DNA of 57,908 nt, counting the filler, from Catajapyx aquilonaris (lineage: Eukaryota), in NCBI GenBank assembly GCA_000934665.2. It is 2 parts of 2 records of this genome, joined end to end, with 100 filler letters (N's around TTAATTAATTAA, not from the genome) between each part and the next. Parts side by side here need not be neighbours in the genome. Positions count along the whole stretch, not along the records: positions 1 to 28,908 come from JYFJ02004849.1; 1 more part is not named here. One strand, written 5' to 3'. The position numbers and the translations under genes are program-made. A model generated the notes under the pieces. It had not been told where the DNA came from. It was given only the letters and a program-made list of their open reading frames with translations, and ran no database searches. Shown here in pieces: positions 13,712-28,806 of the stretch. The first letter of the stretch is position 1, and the number at the start of each line of letters is the position of its first letter.

Positions 13712-16665
13712 TATATTCAACATAATTATGGGCGGCTAGGACTCAATATATACATTTTAAATAATAATGTCAACCCTTCAGCATTGTCCTCAAAGGCTCG
13801 TTTGAATGAACACTAATTAATGAGAAGTTTCGATTACTAATTGTGAATGCTGTACCTGTAATTATTGACAATTTTCCAGTGGCACTAATTTACAGTCAAA
13901 TATGCCCTTCATAAAATGTTCGAAAATATAGGATCAAAACCCAATAAATTTATTATGGAATAAACCTACTCCTATGTCCCAAAAATTTTTCAGGAAATCC
14001 ACCATTTTTTCAGGTAATATCACTTGGTCTATTCTCTGCATTGTAATATTAAGCAGAATAATGAGCGTGATTTATCTCATAGAGGCAAAGTTTAGGGCTT
14101 CTTTCCAGACCATTTATGCAATTCTACACTCCAATCACTATACTTGTCAAGATTCACTACTGAGCCAGTGTGTACACGTAAGCCTGACATTTGAAACCCT
14201 GCCTTTCTTTCTAACCCCCCCNCCCCCCCCCCCCAATACGACATTTGCTCAGGACAGGACTAATCCCCGCACTTCCATTATTTCCAAGACAATCATGTCA
14301 AATTTCATAGCCTTGTGTCGATAAGAATGAAGGGGTTTGGTCTAGAGCGAAGGCGCACAAAAGTCTCCAATTAATTTCCTTCCAGTACAGGAGCCGAGGG
14401 AAGAACAAGTCGATTCCGATTGAGTATCGAATTTCCGTAAATCTTGGCTAAGAGGGAGGTGTACCCACAGTCCTGCGGCTTTTGTATCATCGCTCCGGAT
14501 CATATAGATGGGGGGTCGACCTGCACGGGAATTTCTACTCTAATGGCTGCTTCCGCACTTAACAAATGATTTTCTGTCACCTTAAGGAAGCGGTTACCCG
14601 GGAAACGCAGCCAGCTAGAACAACCCCCACTTCGCTATATCACCCTGCCCATGCGCCACCCACCCACTTCTACTTCACTTTTGCCATTGCTACTGCAAAA
14701 TGGGTGTTTGACGGCAACTATGATGGACATGTTTTCTTGCTTGACGTTTCCTAAGTGTTTAATACTACTTTTGTGTTTGGTTGCGCTACCTGGAAGCTTA
14801 ATGAGCCAGCGGATCTATTGAATTCACACTACAGTGATACGTACGAACTTTGGTCTTAGGTTCCCTCTATCAAAAGCAAAATTACTTTGCAGAGGTACTA
14901 TTTTAACGCTCAAAATATTTTGTCTCATTTTCGTCGCTATTTTTGTGATCTTCATCAGTACGGTAATTTGCTACATAAGTTCACTAGAATTTGATGTGAA
15001 TGATATGCACCACAGATTCTGAGCGAACAAAATTCGTGTCGCATAAGCTTTGTGCTCATTAGTAACATATTAGCACAGTTAGAAGCTGGCTATTCACACT
15101 GGTCTATATGGTTTACATTTAATTAATTTTGCAGAATTTCAAGAACAATTTCAATATCAGCAAGCTAATTACTTGCTAGAGATTACTTTTTCAGCGCTTG
15201 AAAAGTTGGATGTTGAATTTTTCCGCACTGTAATAGCTAGATTGAAGAGAGAGAAAAAATGTGTTCCAAAATTTATAATTCATTGCTGCGACGGAAGGAC
15301 GCAGTGTCGCAGAGATAACTCTGTCACCCACAGATTGACCTGATTCAATCCCAAGTCACCGCCCAAGTATTGAAGAAAAACTTAGTTCGATCCCTACCCA
15401 CCTTTGCATTTTATGCCAAGTTGCGGTTTTCCCAGCTGTGCTTCTGGTGGATCTTCTAACGAGGTCAGTGGAAGGTGAAAAGCACAAAAAGATCAGGGCT
15501 ATGAAACTGCACCTGAACTTCCTTGTTCCCCTTCATTGGCCCTCATCCTCCCTTAAGACCTGCTATGTTCCAGCTCTAAATTAATGTTCAGTTAAGTAGT
15601 TGCGAAATTGAACCTATAAATTGTTGAACTATGTCTGGCCATTATTAAATATATGTCCGTGTGTCATATAATCCCTTTGAAGAACATATTTCTTTCCTCA
15701 TTATAATTATAATATCTCTGCAAGGGAAGATGGAGGATAAAATGATTAGGAATTATTCTCCTTTCTAGCCCATAATGAACAGGCTATCGGCTTCAAGGGA
15801 AATGTTAAGTTATTTCTCTAATTCATTTTTTTCCTAGGAAGGGAATTGGAATGTCCATTCTTCGGACGCCCTACAACAAAACTTTTGGTGTTTTTAAAAT
15901 TCCTGCAAAGGACTGTTATTGTTCTATTAGAACACCGGACTGACCTTTAGAAACGACGAGTTAATGGCCATATTACATTGGCTCTAATAATTGGTATAAC
16001 TCGAAAGAATGTACGCATAAACACCGGATACTAATCGCATTATGTACCCTCCCACTTTCTGAACGTGGGCCACATTTAAAACCTCGTTGCAACCACTCAT
16101 AAAGTCCAGTTAGAACCTGCGGTTTAAGCCCAGGTCCTTCGTGTCTTTGTAGCCTCACATTTACACAAGCTCTTCAGCACCGAAATCACTCTCCACTTCA
16201 TCCACAAAGTACTGCAGCTTGACGGCACAGAAGACATTTTCCGGCAAGTTGAGAACCTACCTGAAAGAAGAGTAAAAAAAAAAAGAAATCTAACTAGGTT
16301 TTGTGCGGAGGAGTGCACTTTCATAAGGGTGGTTTGTTCTTCAACTGTCATGTTTCGCATAAAATATGCAGGGAGGCAACGCGCCCTACTTTGAACTGAC
16401 GTGCACGTCTCAGAAGCACAAAGGATAACAGATGCATTCTGCCTATACGAGTCCCCCTTCTTTCTGATCCGTTTGCCTTTGTTTTCAAACACGCCATACG
16501 CACAAAGCCCGCGAGGAATCGGGAGAAGATGAAAAGAAAATTCCATGTAGGATAAAGACATCTTGAGAAAGAAAGTCCTGCTCCTATGACAGAAATGTGC
16601 TTGTTGTTCAATGATCGAGATACAGTATGGGTATTTCTGATGTTTTTCTTTAATTTTGTCCGCAG

Positions 16666-16816
16666 GAATTGAACAGGCACACCGAGAAGGAAAGATAGCC
16701 AGCTTGATCGGAGTGGAAGGAGGCCATTCCCTTGGAAACAGTATGGCGGTGCTGCGCATGCTGTACAGCCTGGGAGCGCGATACCTCACACTCACGCACA
16801 GCTGCAACACACCCTG
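16666..16816 (+). CDS. Membrane dipeptidase (M19), internal exon
   Basis: Polypyrimidine tract + cgcag acceptor and gtgagt donor. Translates [51 protein letters not shown], with the M19 signature VEGGHS...[13 protein letters not shown]. Downstream exons were not found before the spacer. Confidence 0.95.
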
Positions 16817-19800
16817 GTGAGTACGTCACCTCAAATGTGTGCGAAAATTTTTCACCAATTTGTGCAACTCTCATGACACGTGATATCAAACCAACACCTG
16901 CAATATATTGCCATAGCAACACATACCGCCATGATGGCCACATCCTGCTCTGTTCCAATCAAACACCAACTTCACTCTTCCCCAAGGCAAAGCAAAGCCA
17001 CATGATGCAGGCTCCTAGGCAAGAAAATGGCGCAGCCATCTGTCTGCGAGGTTCTTGCGCTCAATTTTACTGCCATATCTTGTTTCCAGCACTGTCGCGC
17101 GCTCTATTTAATAAAGTTTGGGTGAGGAGGCGAATGGCGGTGGCGCAGGGTAATATTGGTCGGGATCCAAGGAGATGTGAGCTCCATTTGGCAAACTGCA
17201 CAAGAAAGCCACGTTGCCAGAGTGCTGATTCCATTTCTTCATATCTTTCAGGTTCAAAATCTTAATTAGCTCTAGTCATGTAACCATTGACGCATTATGT
17301 TACAAAATAATTGAGCGTATGTACATGTTTGCTGGGCTAAATCAAAATCATTTTATATTGGCGGATAGAGGAATTGATTCTCAATAATTTCCTAGCACAC
17401 GTCATTTCTCTACTCCTTCAGCCCTCTACCATTCCCAGCCGCTCTCTCACACTTTTTTTCTTCTTCTTCTTCTTTTCAAGTTACCAAGAAGGGGGTTTTC
17501 TTCGCACAAGCCCAGTTCGCCTCACAAGACGAATTTAATTTGCGGATTTTGGGAAATGGGGATCGAGAAGTAAAGGGGTGGAAGTTTTGACAGTCAAGTT
17601 GAATCCCGAAGGAAACGAGAAATCTGTGCAGAGATGAGCCTTGGGAATCATTCGAAATGAAGCCACGTGTAGAACGCCCTTTTAAAAATAATATTATGCC
17701 ACGTCCTACTGTAAAATGGTGAATCGATAATTTCATATTTGTCGTCTAAAGAATGAAGTTGGAGCAGGTGGCCGGTTTTGATAATTTTATGTACGGATCG
17801 TTTGGTTACGATTAATTTTTCGAATAGAAAATGCATGATTACGTGATTGCAATATTGTTGTATGCATCGAACTATCGAAGGTTTGAATGAAATCATTCAG
17901 GTGCCCCTACTGGACATCATTTGTGGCACCAGAGATATTACATAAAATCCCATAACATTTTGACGTTAAAATGATTCACTAAAGTAGAGGCGACGATCTG
18001 ACGAGTCTGCAATATGACTATAGAATATTAATATTTGCAACATGCTGCACACTGCTAATCAGCATTTGCAAATGATTGCCAAGAATCCCACAGGACATAT
18101 CTGTAATTCGCAAAACGCGGATAATTCGAATGCTATACATCCCATTAGGTACTAAAAGAGCATTTTGTTACATATGTCCATAGAGGAGTAATTAACCTTC
18201 CTGCTATGTTGATTTCGTATGACGCAACAGTCAATATGATTACCTTCCGTGACTAATTGAGCTTCAACCAGTCATAAAAATTTTGGTCGGGAAATTACGC
18301 TGCAGGAGAGTGACTCAATTTTGCAAGGGATGGGGGCAGCTTATGGCCGTCATGAGCTATTGAGTTTTTAATCATATCTGCCGGAAATGTTGATTAGGGA
18401 AAATCATTTCATACACACGAAGCATAATGATGTTAACCGGCATGGGCACAGATTCCCACGCAATGCGTTTGTTTTTGGAGAGGGTGGGAACCAATATATT
18501 TTCATATATCGTAAAATATTACATGTGGTGGGAATTATTAAGTGACACTGTGGGTTTAAAATATTAGTTCATGTTATTTTCCAGCATAAAATGGATTAGT
18601 TTTCTGGCGTTATTGTTTGCACTTAATTTATAATATAATTTAATGGTTTGAACGTTTTGGTAGTGTAGTGTACAAAACCCAACATTTGTTAACACAAGTT
18701 GTATAGTAAATAGCGTACTAATGTAATTAATGTGTAATTTGTGCCTGACTTTATTATACAATTATTATTTATAATTATTTGTATGATCAAAAATTATTGG
18801 TTATGTATTCAGTTGGAAGGTTTAATATAATTTGTTAACATATTGCACAATGACATCAAACGAAAGCCGCAGCAATAGCTCAGACAGGAATAAAACTAGA
18901 AATCCTGGCCCGGTTACACCTCCACACGACATTGCGTTCTCAGTAGTCTTCTCTAACTGGACTAATGTCAATTGCTACGACTCCATGTAATCCCACTGGC
19001 TCACGCAATGTCATAGGACTATTGAATGCAGTGGTCTATTTTCGTGGGTACGGTACTAAAGAGTAGTTGTTCAACTACAGGGTCTACACCTACATTTTAA
19101 AAATTGGTTTGCTGGTTCGTTCTGATTGTCATTCCTGGCCCAGGTGTACCGGTATTTCTTTAAATCGTCAGAATAAAATGTCAAGATCTACAGTAGGCCT
19201 ATATATACGAGAGAGGGGGGCGGGGTCATAAGAACATCTTTACGCTAGGTCATACCGTATAATGCAACATGTGCCTCTAAAGAAATAACTGTGCATAACA
19301 AAACAGGACTGTCAATCTTGGGGCTGATGGATAGTGTACGGTGTCAAAAATGTGTGGATATTCATTAGTCAATATTCTGTGCCACTGACGAGCAATTACT
19401 GCCTATTTCGTAGAAAAAAAAACACTGATTTCCCAACAGTCTCAGCATTTCGATCATTATGATGTGTAGTTTCTCTGATATAATGAAGTGTCTCTCATGA
19501 CCACCAGCCTACACCGCTTCGCAGCCTGATAGTTTATTCCATTTTATAACATCAATTTTTCGGACATTTTCAACAACCATCAACTATATGGGATATTGGC
19601 GGGAAATTCATTTACCTACCTCGAAAAGTAACGTTGGTTTCGTCGACACTGTCCTTTGAACGATTCTGAGCCCCGCAAGAAATGTTGGCGATCTATACGA
19701 CATACAGCCATACACCATTGTGGTTCAACCCTGCCGACCTACTAAAATTAAGCAATTATATAGACCTGCTCTATTTACTTCAAGTAGTTTATGCTCAGAT

Positions 19801-20332
19801 AATTATGTTACGTGCAATTATAATTTTATTCATAAGCTCAATATGCAATGCAACCTTCTGCTGGAAGCATTTTATAAGCGCTGGAAATATTAATGTCGCA
19901 TAAATAGTTTCATTCTGCATCTGTAATATAAAATCCATATTTTCAGTCTCGAAAAGTTAACTCAATTTTTCCGAAATTTTGAACCTTTTTATTATATAAT
20001 ATATATATATATATATTACTCCGCAGCATCTTTGCTCCGGAAACGATGAACTACCAACATGTTATAGCGCTAAATGTTGAACACTTATCGGACAGTCATT
20101 TTTAAGAGTCATGAATTAGGGTACACTGCATTAGCAAACAATGAAAATTCTATTATGTCCGCAACATTCTTGGAATAACATCACCACGGTGAGGTGCAAC
20201 CATTAACAAGATGCGGGGAAAAGGCTGGTCATCATGCAAGGGATGCTGACCTCTCCCGCTTCAACAGTAGTCTTACTGCAGCTTCACGGGACCGTCTCAT
20301 ACCAAACGTCGCTCATTGTTGCCTTGAAATGA

Positions 20333-20346
20333 TATTATTATTATTA

Positions 20347-20435
<89 letters not shown>
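20333..20435. repeat. (ATT)n microsatellite
   Basis: ~100 bp of TTA/ATT repeat. It produces the poly-Leu run in ORF 20194..21027. Confidence 0.95.
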
Positions 20436-20436
<1 letters not shown>

Positions 20437-20482
20437 CGGGAGGAGGGTCCCAAAGAGAAATACAGTACATGTTCCTATTATA

Positions 20483-20882
20483 CAGGGTGGAGCAACTTCA
20501 AGTGTCGTTTTATAACGGCGATTAATAGCAGTGATTTTGCGATGACGCAGCAGCGACGTATAAAATGGCCCACTTTGGCGCCATCGAAAATATTAGCTGC
20601 CAATAGCAGCACACAATATGTAATGAACCCTGCTGCTGGGTTGACCTGGAAAAAAGTAGGTGCACCGAGGTGCACACATGACCTGAGATGCGCCTGGGTG
20701 AAATGGGTGACGCCCAAGGCACCAGATGAACCTGTAATGCAAGGGGGGAAGCCTGCAAAGGAAACACAGCTAATATTTCCGATGGCGCCGAAGTGGGCAT
20801 TTTACACATCGCTGCTACGTCAATCGTTAAGCGCTTCTATTAATAGCCGTTATAAAACGACACTAGAAGTTGGACCACCCTG
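20483..20882. mobile_element. Tc1/mariner-type MITE
   Basis: TA-CAGGGTGGAGCAACTTCAAGTGTCGTTTTATAACGGC ... GCCGTTATAAAACGACACTAGAAGTTGGACCACCCTG-TA. Long imperfect TIRs, TA duplication, no transposase. Confidence 0.85.
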
Positions 20883-21630
20883 TATACCCATAATTTACTC
20901 GATAAAATATTTAAAAAATGAAGTGGGCTTCACAATGATATCATGGTCATACCATTATTTCTGCACGGGCTTTATAATAGCTGTAAGAGTTCTTTTTTCC
21001 TATCTAATAGTACCGTATATATGGTAGCGTCTACTGTACTTGTACTTGTTTTATAATATAATTATCCTTGATTTGTCAAGTCGTTATATCCAACCTATAC
21101 ATTGCATAACAAATATTTTGCAATGAATTTTGTAACCGTAAGTTGGTCAAACGTCGAGAGCCATGAATATAAACAATAATTGATAGTCAGAAATACACAA
21201 CGTAATATAAGCACTTTAGATCTATTGGATACGGGCTATCATAAACCTACTGTACAGGTTAAACCAAAAGTCTGGACAGATAGTTAGGCTAATAAATTGT
21301 ATTGTATTGTTGGTTGCCAGTTGTCTACCAACAATATAATACAATTACCTGCAGTATGTGTCTAGACCTTTGGGTCACCCTGCATAGTCTTGGCGAGAAT
21401 TACTCATGGTTTCAAACCTGAACTGCTATAAATACCATAATGTTTATACTAGAACTCATAATCACCACCATTATACTAGCTGTGACGCATTTTACACCAG
21501 ATTTTTAAATATCCTCGAAGTAATGTTTAAAAAGTAGGTTCTTAAAAATATATTATAAATTACCAGCATATAAACTCAACACCATGCAGTGTTATCTATT
21601 CAGCAATATTACGCTATAGTCTGTGCATAC

Positions 21631-21897
21631 CTGGAACATTGCATATTTTCTGTCCTCATCTTCCAAGGGGACATGTGAGTTGCAGCACAGGACGCCACAG
21701 CCCTTCTCTCCTCCTTCCTCGCAGGAGCTCGAGTTCAATGTCTGGGCACAGGTCTCATCCCTCTCGCTTTCTTCTCTTAAAATCGTGGCGAAGTCTGCTG
21801 CACACTTCCGCCTCCGCTCAGCGATTGCCATCGACGCGAAATCGAGACAGTCCACAACGGTGGTCCACAATGACCCCAGAAAGTTGAAGAGACCCAT
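21631..21897 (-). CDS. Candidate first coding exon of an unknown antisense gene nested in the dipeptidase locus
   Basis: ATG-initiated 89-codon frame (MGLFNFLGSLWTTVVDCLDFASMAIAERRRKC...EDEDRKYAMFQ), GC-richer than its flanks, ending at a good phase-0 donor CAG|GTATGC. No recognisable homology. Confidence 0.35.
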
Positions 21898-24800
21898 ATT
21901 ACTTCTTGGTGTTTTAACTGGGCTGTGTGATCAGTGCCACTTCTGATTTGGCGTATGTTATTGATTTTCAATTGCCTAGTGATTATTGTTATTCATTTGT
22001 TGTTACAACTTCATTTCATTGGGTACCCTGTCAACCATGGAAACGGTTGTGCCAACCATTTCTCAGTGCAAAATGTGGTCCAGCCATACCTGTATAGGCT
22101 GGTATTCCCTGGAGGACAGAAAGTACAACAAAAACCTCTTCCAAATCTACCTCCGGATAATTAATTATTAGCTGCAAGAGTACATTATGGCCGGAGATAA
22201 TTCCTAGTATTTGCAAGATCAATGCCCCTGGACCGATTCTGTCAACACAAGGTGGTCTAAGAGAGAGATCCCAGAAGCTCACATCCACATAATGTGGATA
22301 TGAGAAGAGATGCAAAGCCGAAGGGAGGTATAGAGAAGAGAGGAGGGGGGGAAGAATTAGGAAACTCAATTCATCATTCCGTACAAGCAGACTGTGCATT
22401 GTGTGGCCCCAGCATTCGAATGAGAGGCATCTCCGTCGTTCAATCATGTCTGGCAGGTGAAACTCCTCCAGTTGAAAGAGCTCGTTCATTACCCCCTCCC
22501 TACACCCCGAACCCAACCTCTCCAAAAACACCACTCCTCAACACCCCTCTTCTGAAGCTATCTGCAAACATAATGTTAACATTTAATCTTCGCTTTGAAA
22601 CGGCTTCGAATCCGGACAATGCTAGCAATTCGGGAAGGGAACCTTACGCCCGAAAGGAGATTCCAGGTACCCCCGTTTTCCAAAATGCAAACACCAGTGT
22701 AAAGCTTCCTCTCAGCTGGCAACTTTGTTTTTGGGAACCTGTGAATAATGAGAACCTAGGGGTGAGGAAACTCGCCTGTCACGCCCATTTTCTATTCTTT
22801 CCTTTCTCCCATAGCGTTGCCTCTCAAGACTATCGGAGAAAAGATATCGGGTTGCTCTTTTTTTTCAGTTTCAAAATGTCACTTGTCCTTTTTCAGGGGA
22901 TCAAATTTCAATTTATGCGTTGGATCCTACTACCTCTTCGCTGACACGTAATGAATTGATCAAAGAGAGCTTGTCGAATCAACAATGCGCGATAACTGAG
23001 TTTTTGGCGATAATGTACAGAGCGGTGTTGGCTGGGGGGAGGGGGGGTGGACCAGGATTTAATTTTACCACTAGCAAATTTGCGGGTTTCGGAATTTCGA
23101 ATCAAAATGGACCAAATTGGCAAATAACTAGGCGAGGCATAATTGGGCACAAACAGTTCCGAATCTTTTTTAGCCGATGAAAATTTGCAGTTTTTTTTCA
23201 AAAATAGTGTAAACTGTGTGCAAATTTTTTTTAAAGCGCCGCATTTTACAAGCTCAATATCGACACCGACTGAAAATTTTTGTCACTATACAGCCCGTTT
23301 TTTTTTGCACTATTTTTTGTATGAGGACAGAAGCCATCGTTCGCATCAATAATGTCGCCAGGCCATATTTTATGCCAACGATTATAGGCGGGTTATGCCT
23401 CCCCGATGTTTGTCTCGTTATTTTCGAGGGGGTAACCCCCCCTACTCGTAAATCGAACCCGAATTTTCGGGTCAGAATGATTTACGACCGATTTTAATCT
23501 GAGCAGCCACACGCACTAATTGCCTATCGCCCTACCACCTGCTAGGTAAATACAGACCTACCCTGGAGTGAAGATTTACTCAACACATCCAAGCATTTAT
23601 CTTAGAAAAAAGGAGTAAAAAAAATCGTGGATTCGACATTTCCACAATTAATGATGGCAGATAGAAATGGGTCTCACACTTTTCTTTTCTGAATTTTTTT
23701 TTTCGTCGCCATTTTGAAGATTCTGGCTTCTAAATTACATGTCATTTGCGACAAGCTGAGAGGCAAATTTTGCAGCTGTCGAGAGGTTGTAAATCTGTTT
23801 CAGGCAATGACAAAAAGCTGATCATATCCCCATTTTTTGGCTGTTTTTAAATATTAAATGTAACTTAAACAAGTATAGTGCATTACATCAGAATTGCCTT
23901 ATAATCATCATCAGCATTGAGCGAAAATTCCAACCACACAACTGTCATCTTTACAAAACGCGACAAGCTTCATCATCTGTCAAAAAAAGTTCCAACCAGA
24001 CCTATCCTGGTTCTATATACAACCATTAGCACTCTGGTTTTTTATCCTCACATTGATCGAGACCTGATGACCAGGACACGTCTGGCAAAAACTTTTTCTG
24101 ACAGATATTTGGAAACAGAAGTTGGTCGCTCACACCTATTGATTACTTAAACGACCACAGGGTGAAGTGGAAAAAAAATTGCGGTATTCAACGGAATGTG
24201 CTGGTCTCTGTACCTAAAACTAGTACAGGGATTTAAAACCTTCCCAGAAAAATGCGGAGCCACACTGTTAAAATAGGCCACTAAAGCTGACAGAGGTTGC
24301 TCTGAACAGCTCCACGCCTTCACCCCAAAGTCCTGTGGTGTCGCTAAATCCGCGGAAAGGTGACCAGACGCAGTGAAATTATCCGGCCAGTTTCAAGGCA
24401 TGGGAACTGTGATAAATGACGTCACACGCTACAGTTACCGCGCCCGTTTAAAATCCTCCATGCATCTGAAAAACGCTATGAGCCAACCAACTTTAATTCT
24501 TGCGCACGTTTCAACAATGTCCCTTCCTGTTTCAATAGTAATAAATCTTACCCTCCGTGTTTTATTCTGCACAAAAAAAATTAATCCGCAACCCGGCCTC
24601 GCTTATAAAACTAGAACTTCCGCTTCACTGACTACTGTGGCCATTCCAGAAGAACCGTACCAGTAATTAATAAATAAATCACAGTTAAACTCTAGCGACA
24701 GCTTTGACTGAAGCCTTGATCGTAGAGGGAAGCTGGTGCGCTGCCGAATTAATCTGCCGGCTTTCCGCCCAATCGGAATCTGTAAATACTACAATGCCTA

Positions 24801-27393
24801 ATGATTGGACGCTGATAAATCGCTTCATTTATCGCTACGCAACTGTTGCACATGTTGAATGCATCGACAAGCTTAACCTATTGTGCTCGCTGTTAATGCA
24901 CTTGTTACAATTTTTCCGCTAGTATCAATCATTTGGGAGGTGTGCATTTGGTGGGGGATGCAAAGCGGGCTCAAGGCATCGGGCTGGAAAAATATGTGGA
25001 TATGGTGGTCGTAACTTAGGGCTCGTTTTTGAGCAAGTAGTTGCACCTGTTTATGTGTAGTGTACTGAAGAGTATATAACAACCGACTTTTTTATGCCAC
25101 AATTCTGCACGAGGGTCATATTTTTATGAAAAGTACAGTTTGTTTACATATGGCAAAAATATTAAAGGTTTTATTTAGCATAGTTTTGTGAAACTGCATA
25201 TGTCGGGAATTATTACGTATAGGCCTAGTGTGGTGTTTGTAAAATCCATGCGTTTGCTGAGGTTTGACGTTGTTTGAATAGGCATGTCACGTTTTTTATT
25301 GTCGTTTCGACTATGTTATAGATGCCATGACTTGTTTCGCGTTATAACTGAATTTGGCTTGTTTTTGTGTCATGAACAGAAAATAACGAGTGATTTTCAA
25401 ATTTAATTGCAAAGTTAATGTCGCGCACAAATTAAAGCGAGTAAAATAAATGGCAGACAATTGAGGCGAGCTGGTTCACAAAACTGTCCACCCAGTGCAC
25501 ATTTTTGTTACCACTATTCACATCTTTATAATATAATGAGGGTATGTCCAAGTGCAATATTTGATCTTGATGTGGCTCGGGAACTGGCCAGTCAAGTCAA
25601 AGTGCAACATGTCCATTCCAATCCATGTTGCCAATGATAATACCAGCCTATTCCGGCATGAAAAGAAAATGATAAACTGCCTGAATAGTTCAAAAATTCC
25701 ATCGGTATAAAGTCAACAATATGTGTGTGGATTCCATTATAATCCAGTTTTTTTTCAAAATAAGAAAGAGTGAATCTCTAAGGTAGGCCTACTCAGCTAT
25801 AATCAATAGACTAAGCCAGAAAATTTAATTTGTCTAATTTGTCAAATCCTTATCCATGTGATTGATGCAAAATGCATATTGTCGATAATGGCCGGTTTCT
25901 TAAATAACAACCAGAATATTCGGAAACTGGTAATTTTTCTCTTGAGAGAATGTTCCTGTATAGTATAATTATATCAAAATTCAGTGGCATTTAAAAAAAA
26001 ATTCTCTAAAGAAAGTGAAGCGAAGTTTATCTCCTCTAAAGTAAACACATTATGGACAAACAGCTTTTGGAACTGACACCCTCAAACATGGAAGGTGACC
26101 TGTCCTTGCCGATATAAAAAATTGATACTAAATCTTCCTCCCATTATGTCAGCAGTGGATTACTTGAATAGGTACAGTATATTTAACAGTATAAAGCAAA
26201 ATTCATTGACTTTCTGGTATACAAAACAAGATTATTATGTCTGTTCCAGCAGAAATAGCCCACCGTAAACACCCTGCAATCTGATAATCACTACAATGTC
26301 CAGAAGCCATAATTTGCATGAATTACCACCTTCGCTAATGACTGTTGTCAGGCTTGTTTACTGGACCATATTCAAACCTTCTTATTCCGAAAGCTGCCCA
26401 ACCCAAATAAGACTCTTTCATGCAAACTCTATAGCATCCCCTAAGGTGCTCCCATCAACTGAATATAACCAGATTTCTATTTAAAAAAAAGCCACTCAAT
26501 TTGGACGTGACTTTCAACTGCATCAACTCATCCATTTCTCATCGAACACACAAAATCCGTAATGAGGTCCGTGAAACAAGCGCATATAGGCTGCGGGGGT
26601 GGAATTCACGCTCAAACAAGCACCAAAGTGCAGAGTCGTTACTTGTTACATGCGCATTCAAAGTGCGCCAGCTCTATGATCCACGCCGGCTTTAATTGGA
26701 TGTATACAGCATCGTAAAGGCTACCCCTCGCAGCGTTTATTACGGCGACTAATGTTCCAAGCACCACATCGGCAGACGGACATGAGCCTCGGTCCCCCCT
26801 CCCCCCTCCTCCCCAGTACTTCCTACTCCCCGCCTCTCCCTCCCAAAAACCGCAAGACCTCGGATGCTGCCACCAGAAATAAAATCTTCCTGCTAGATAA
26901 ACTTGTTGGATATATCACTCTAGTGCTTTAGAGCCGAGGGTTTTTTTTAGAGGGTGAGGGTAATTACTTTTCATTTTCTATTTCTGCTGGCGGGGTTGTG
27001 GATGAGATTTTTTTTTGGCTGAAAAAATTATGTTGGTGGTGACTTGCTGTGCGTAAACTGAAATAGAAAAATTACGCACAATTTTTGTTGTTTTGAGTTA
27101 GTGGTGGACAAATAACATGTGCGTCATCTATAGGAATAACTGCGTAGGTTGATGATCGCAACAATGCGTGCACATTAGTAGAGTACAAGTGTAGCTTGTG
27201 GATTGTTCAAACCTTCATAGGCTTCATAGTGTTAATCCTATTTCATTATTAGCAAGCCAAATAAATTTTAAACACTATGCAGGGCTTAAAGTCATGCAAT
27301 AATCAGGCATCTTAGCAGGGCTTTAGAGCCAACATAAAAAATAGACTATACGAGTACGGCAGACCACAACTTTTGTTCGTTCAGTAAGGAATA

Positions 27394-27648
27394 AATGAGG
27401 GGTGTGGGGGAAAAACATGATAACTGACAAAAGTGTCATATTTCAGGAGAGCGAATTGAAGTTTGCATTTCCTTAACAAATCATAGGGAATGCTGGTTTT
27501 AATCTAGTTTGTGTGGCCGTCTCGTGCATGATACATGAACTTGGAGTATATCAAACTGTTTGGCATGTCTTATACATAGTTGCTAGGTGTTCAGGTCAAA
27601 AATGACAAAAATGTCAGTTATCATGTTTTCCCCCCCACACCCTTCATT
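27394..27648. mobile_element. MITE with ~45-bp TIRs
   Basis: AATGAGGGGTGTGGGGGAAAAACATGATAACTGACA ... TGTCAGTTATCATGTTTTCCCCCCCACACCCTTCATT. Confidence 0.75.
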
Positions 27649-28806
27649 GATCCCTTTAATGTAAATTTGTGCTTTAAAAAAACCACATGAAAATAACTGC
27701 AGGCGAATAGGTAGAGTTTGGCAACTTGGTTCAAACCAAGGTGGTTCAAACTAAGTCAAAAAGTCAGTAAAATGTGTGAAGCATCAAACAGTCAAGTGGA
27801 CTTTACAGGATTCCGCTTTTCGGTCTGACAGTTAGGAAAGTCAATATTCAAATCCTGCATGAAGGAAAAGGATAAAAGGTGTGGAGTCGAAAAATCATTT
27901 CTTTGTGAGACTGCACAAAAAATTTCAACTTCGCATATCTCCCTCCGCGCGATTTTAATATATATTTCCGAGGCAGGTGGGGATATATGAAATAAAATAT
28001 ATATTATAGAAGGGGGATACAAGAAGGGTGGGAAGTTTCATTTTGATTCATAGCCTTTCACTTCTACGCTCCAAAAATGGGCGAAAAAAAGGCGAATGTC
28101 ACTTCTGGGCCGATTCCCATCCTACCCCCTTTTGCCCTCCCTCTCCCTCCTTCCCCCTTTTCTCTGTCTGCTCCCGCAGGCTTTTTTTATGAATTTAGGC
28201 AGCGTCACTTTGGAAGTGAGTTGTAACAGGCAGGAAAGGATTGGTGGAGGGAATCGGGGAGCGCTAACTTTTTAACATTTCCCCCGGAACTAGTCGGCCA
28301 AGTTGGAGGAAATGCCTTTTGACTTGAGCCCCGCAGCCAATACCGACTTATATTAGTTAGTGAAAAGGTCGTTTAAGTCTCCTACCAGCCTCACTCCAGC
28401 ATCCCTTAGAGTATAACATTACCGAGTTGCCACGTAACCCTACTTTTGACTGAATGCATTTCATTTTGGGAATCGAGCTGTTAAACGGATTTCCATTTTA
28501 TGTCGCTGTATGGCTCTGGGCTCTGTATAGTGTATATTGCAGTGTTGGTTTGCCATATAGGAAGTTGTGAGAAAGTTACGTGGAGTCATGACGGATACAA
28601 TATATGTGTGTGTCATGAGTTCTGCACAGATTAGGGTCATGCGAGCTATAAACTATGCTGATATGCATGTTCTGTGTTTGTGAGGCGTGATAGGTTTCTT
28701 GTGATTATAATGGCATATATTTGCCTGTATATTTTATGTAGATAAGATTACTGTATATTAAGAATTTTTTGGCAAATGCCATCTGTATCATCAGTTCAAA
28801 AAGAAT

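Noticed and set aside
16124..17265. Long ORFs of 228 and 177 aa
   Set aside because: Antisense or off-frame shadows of the dipeptidase exon running into intron sequence.
20194..21027. 277-aa ORF with poly-Leu
   Set aside because: Made of an (ATT)n microsatellite and a palindromic MITE; no protein-like content.
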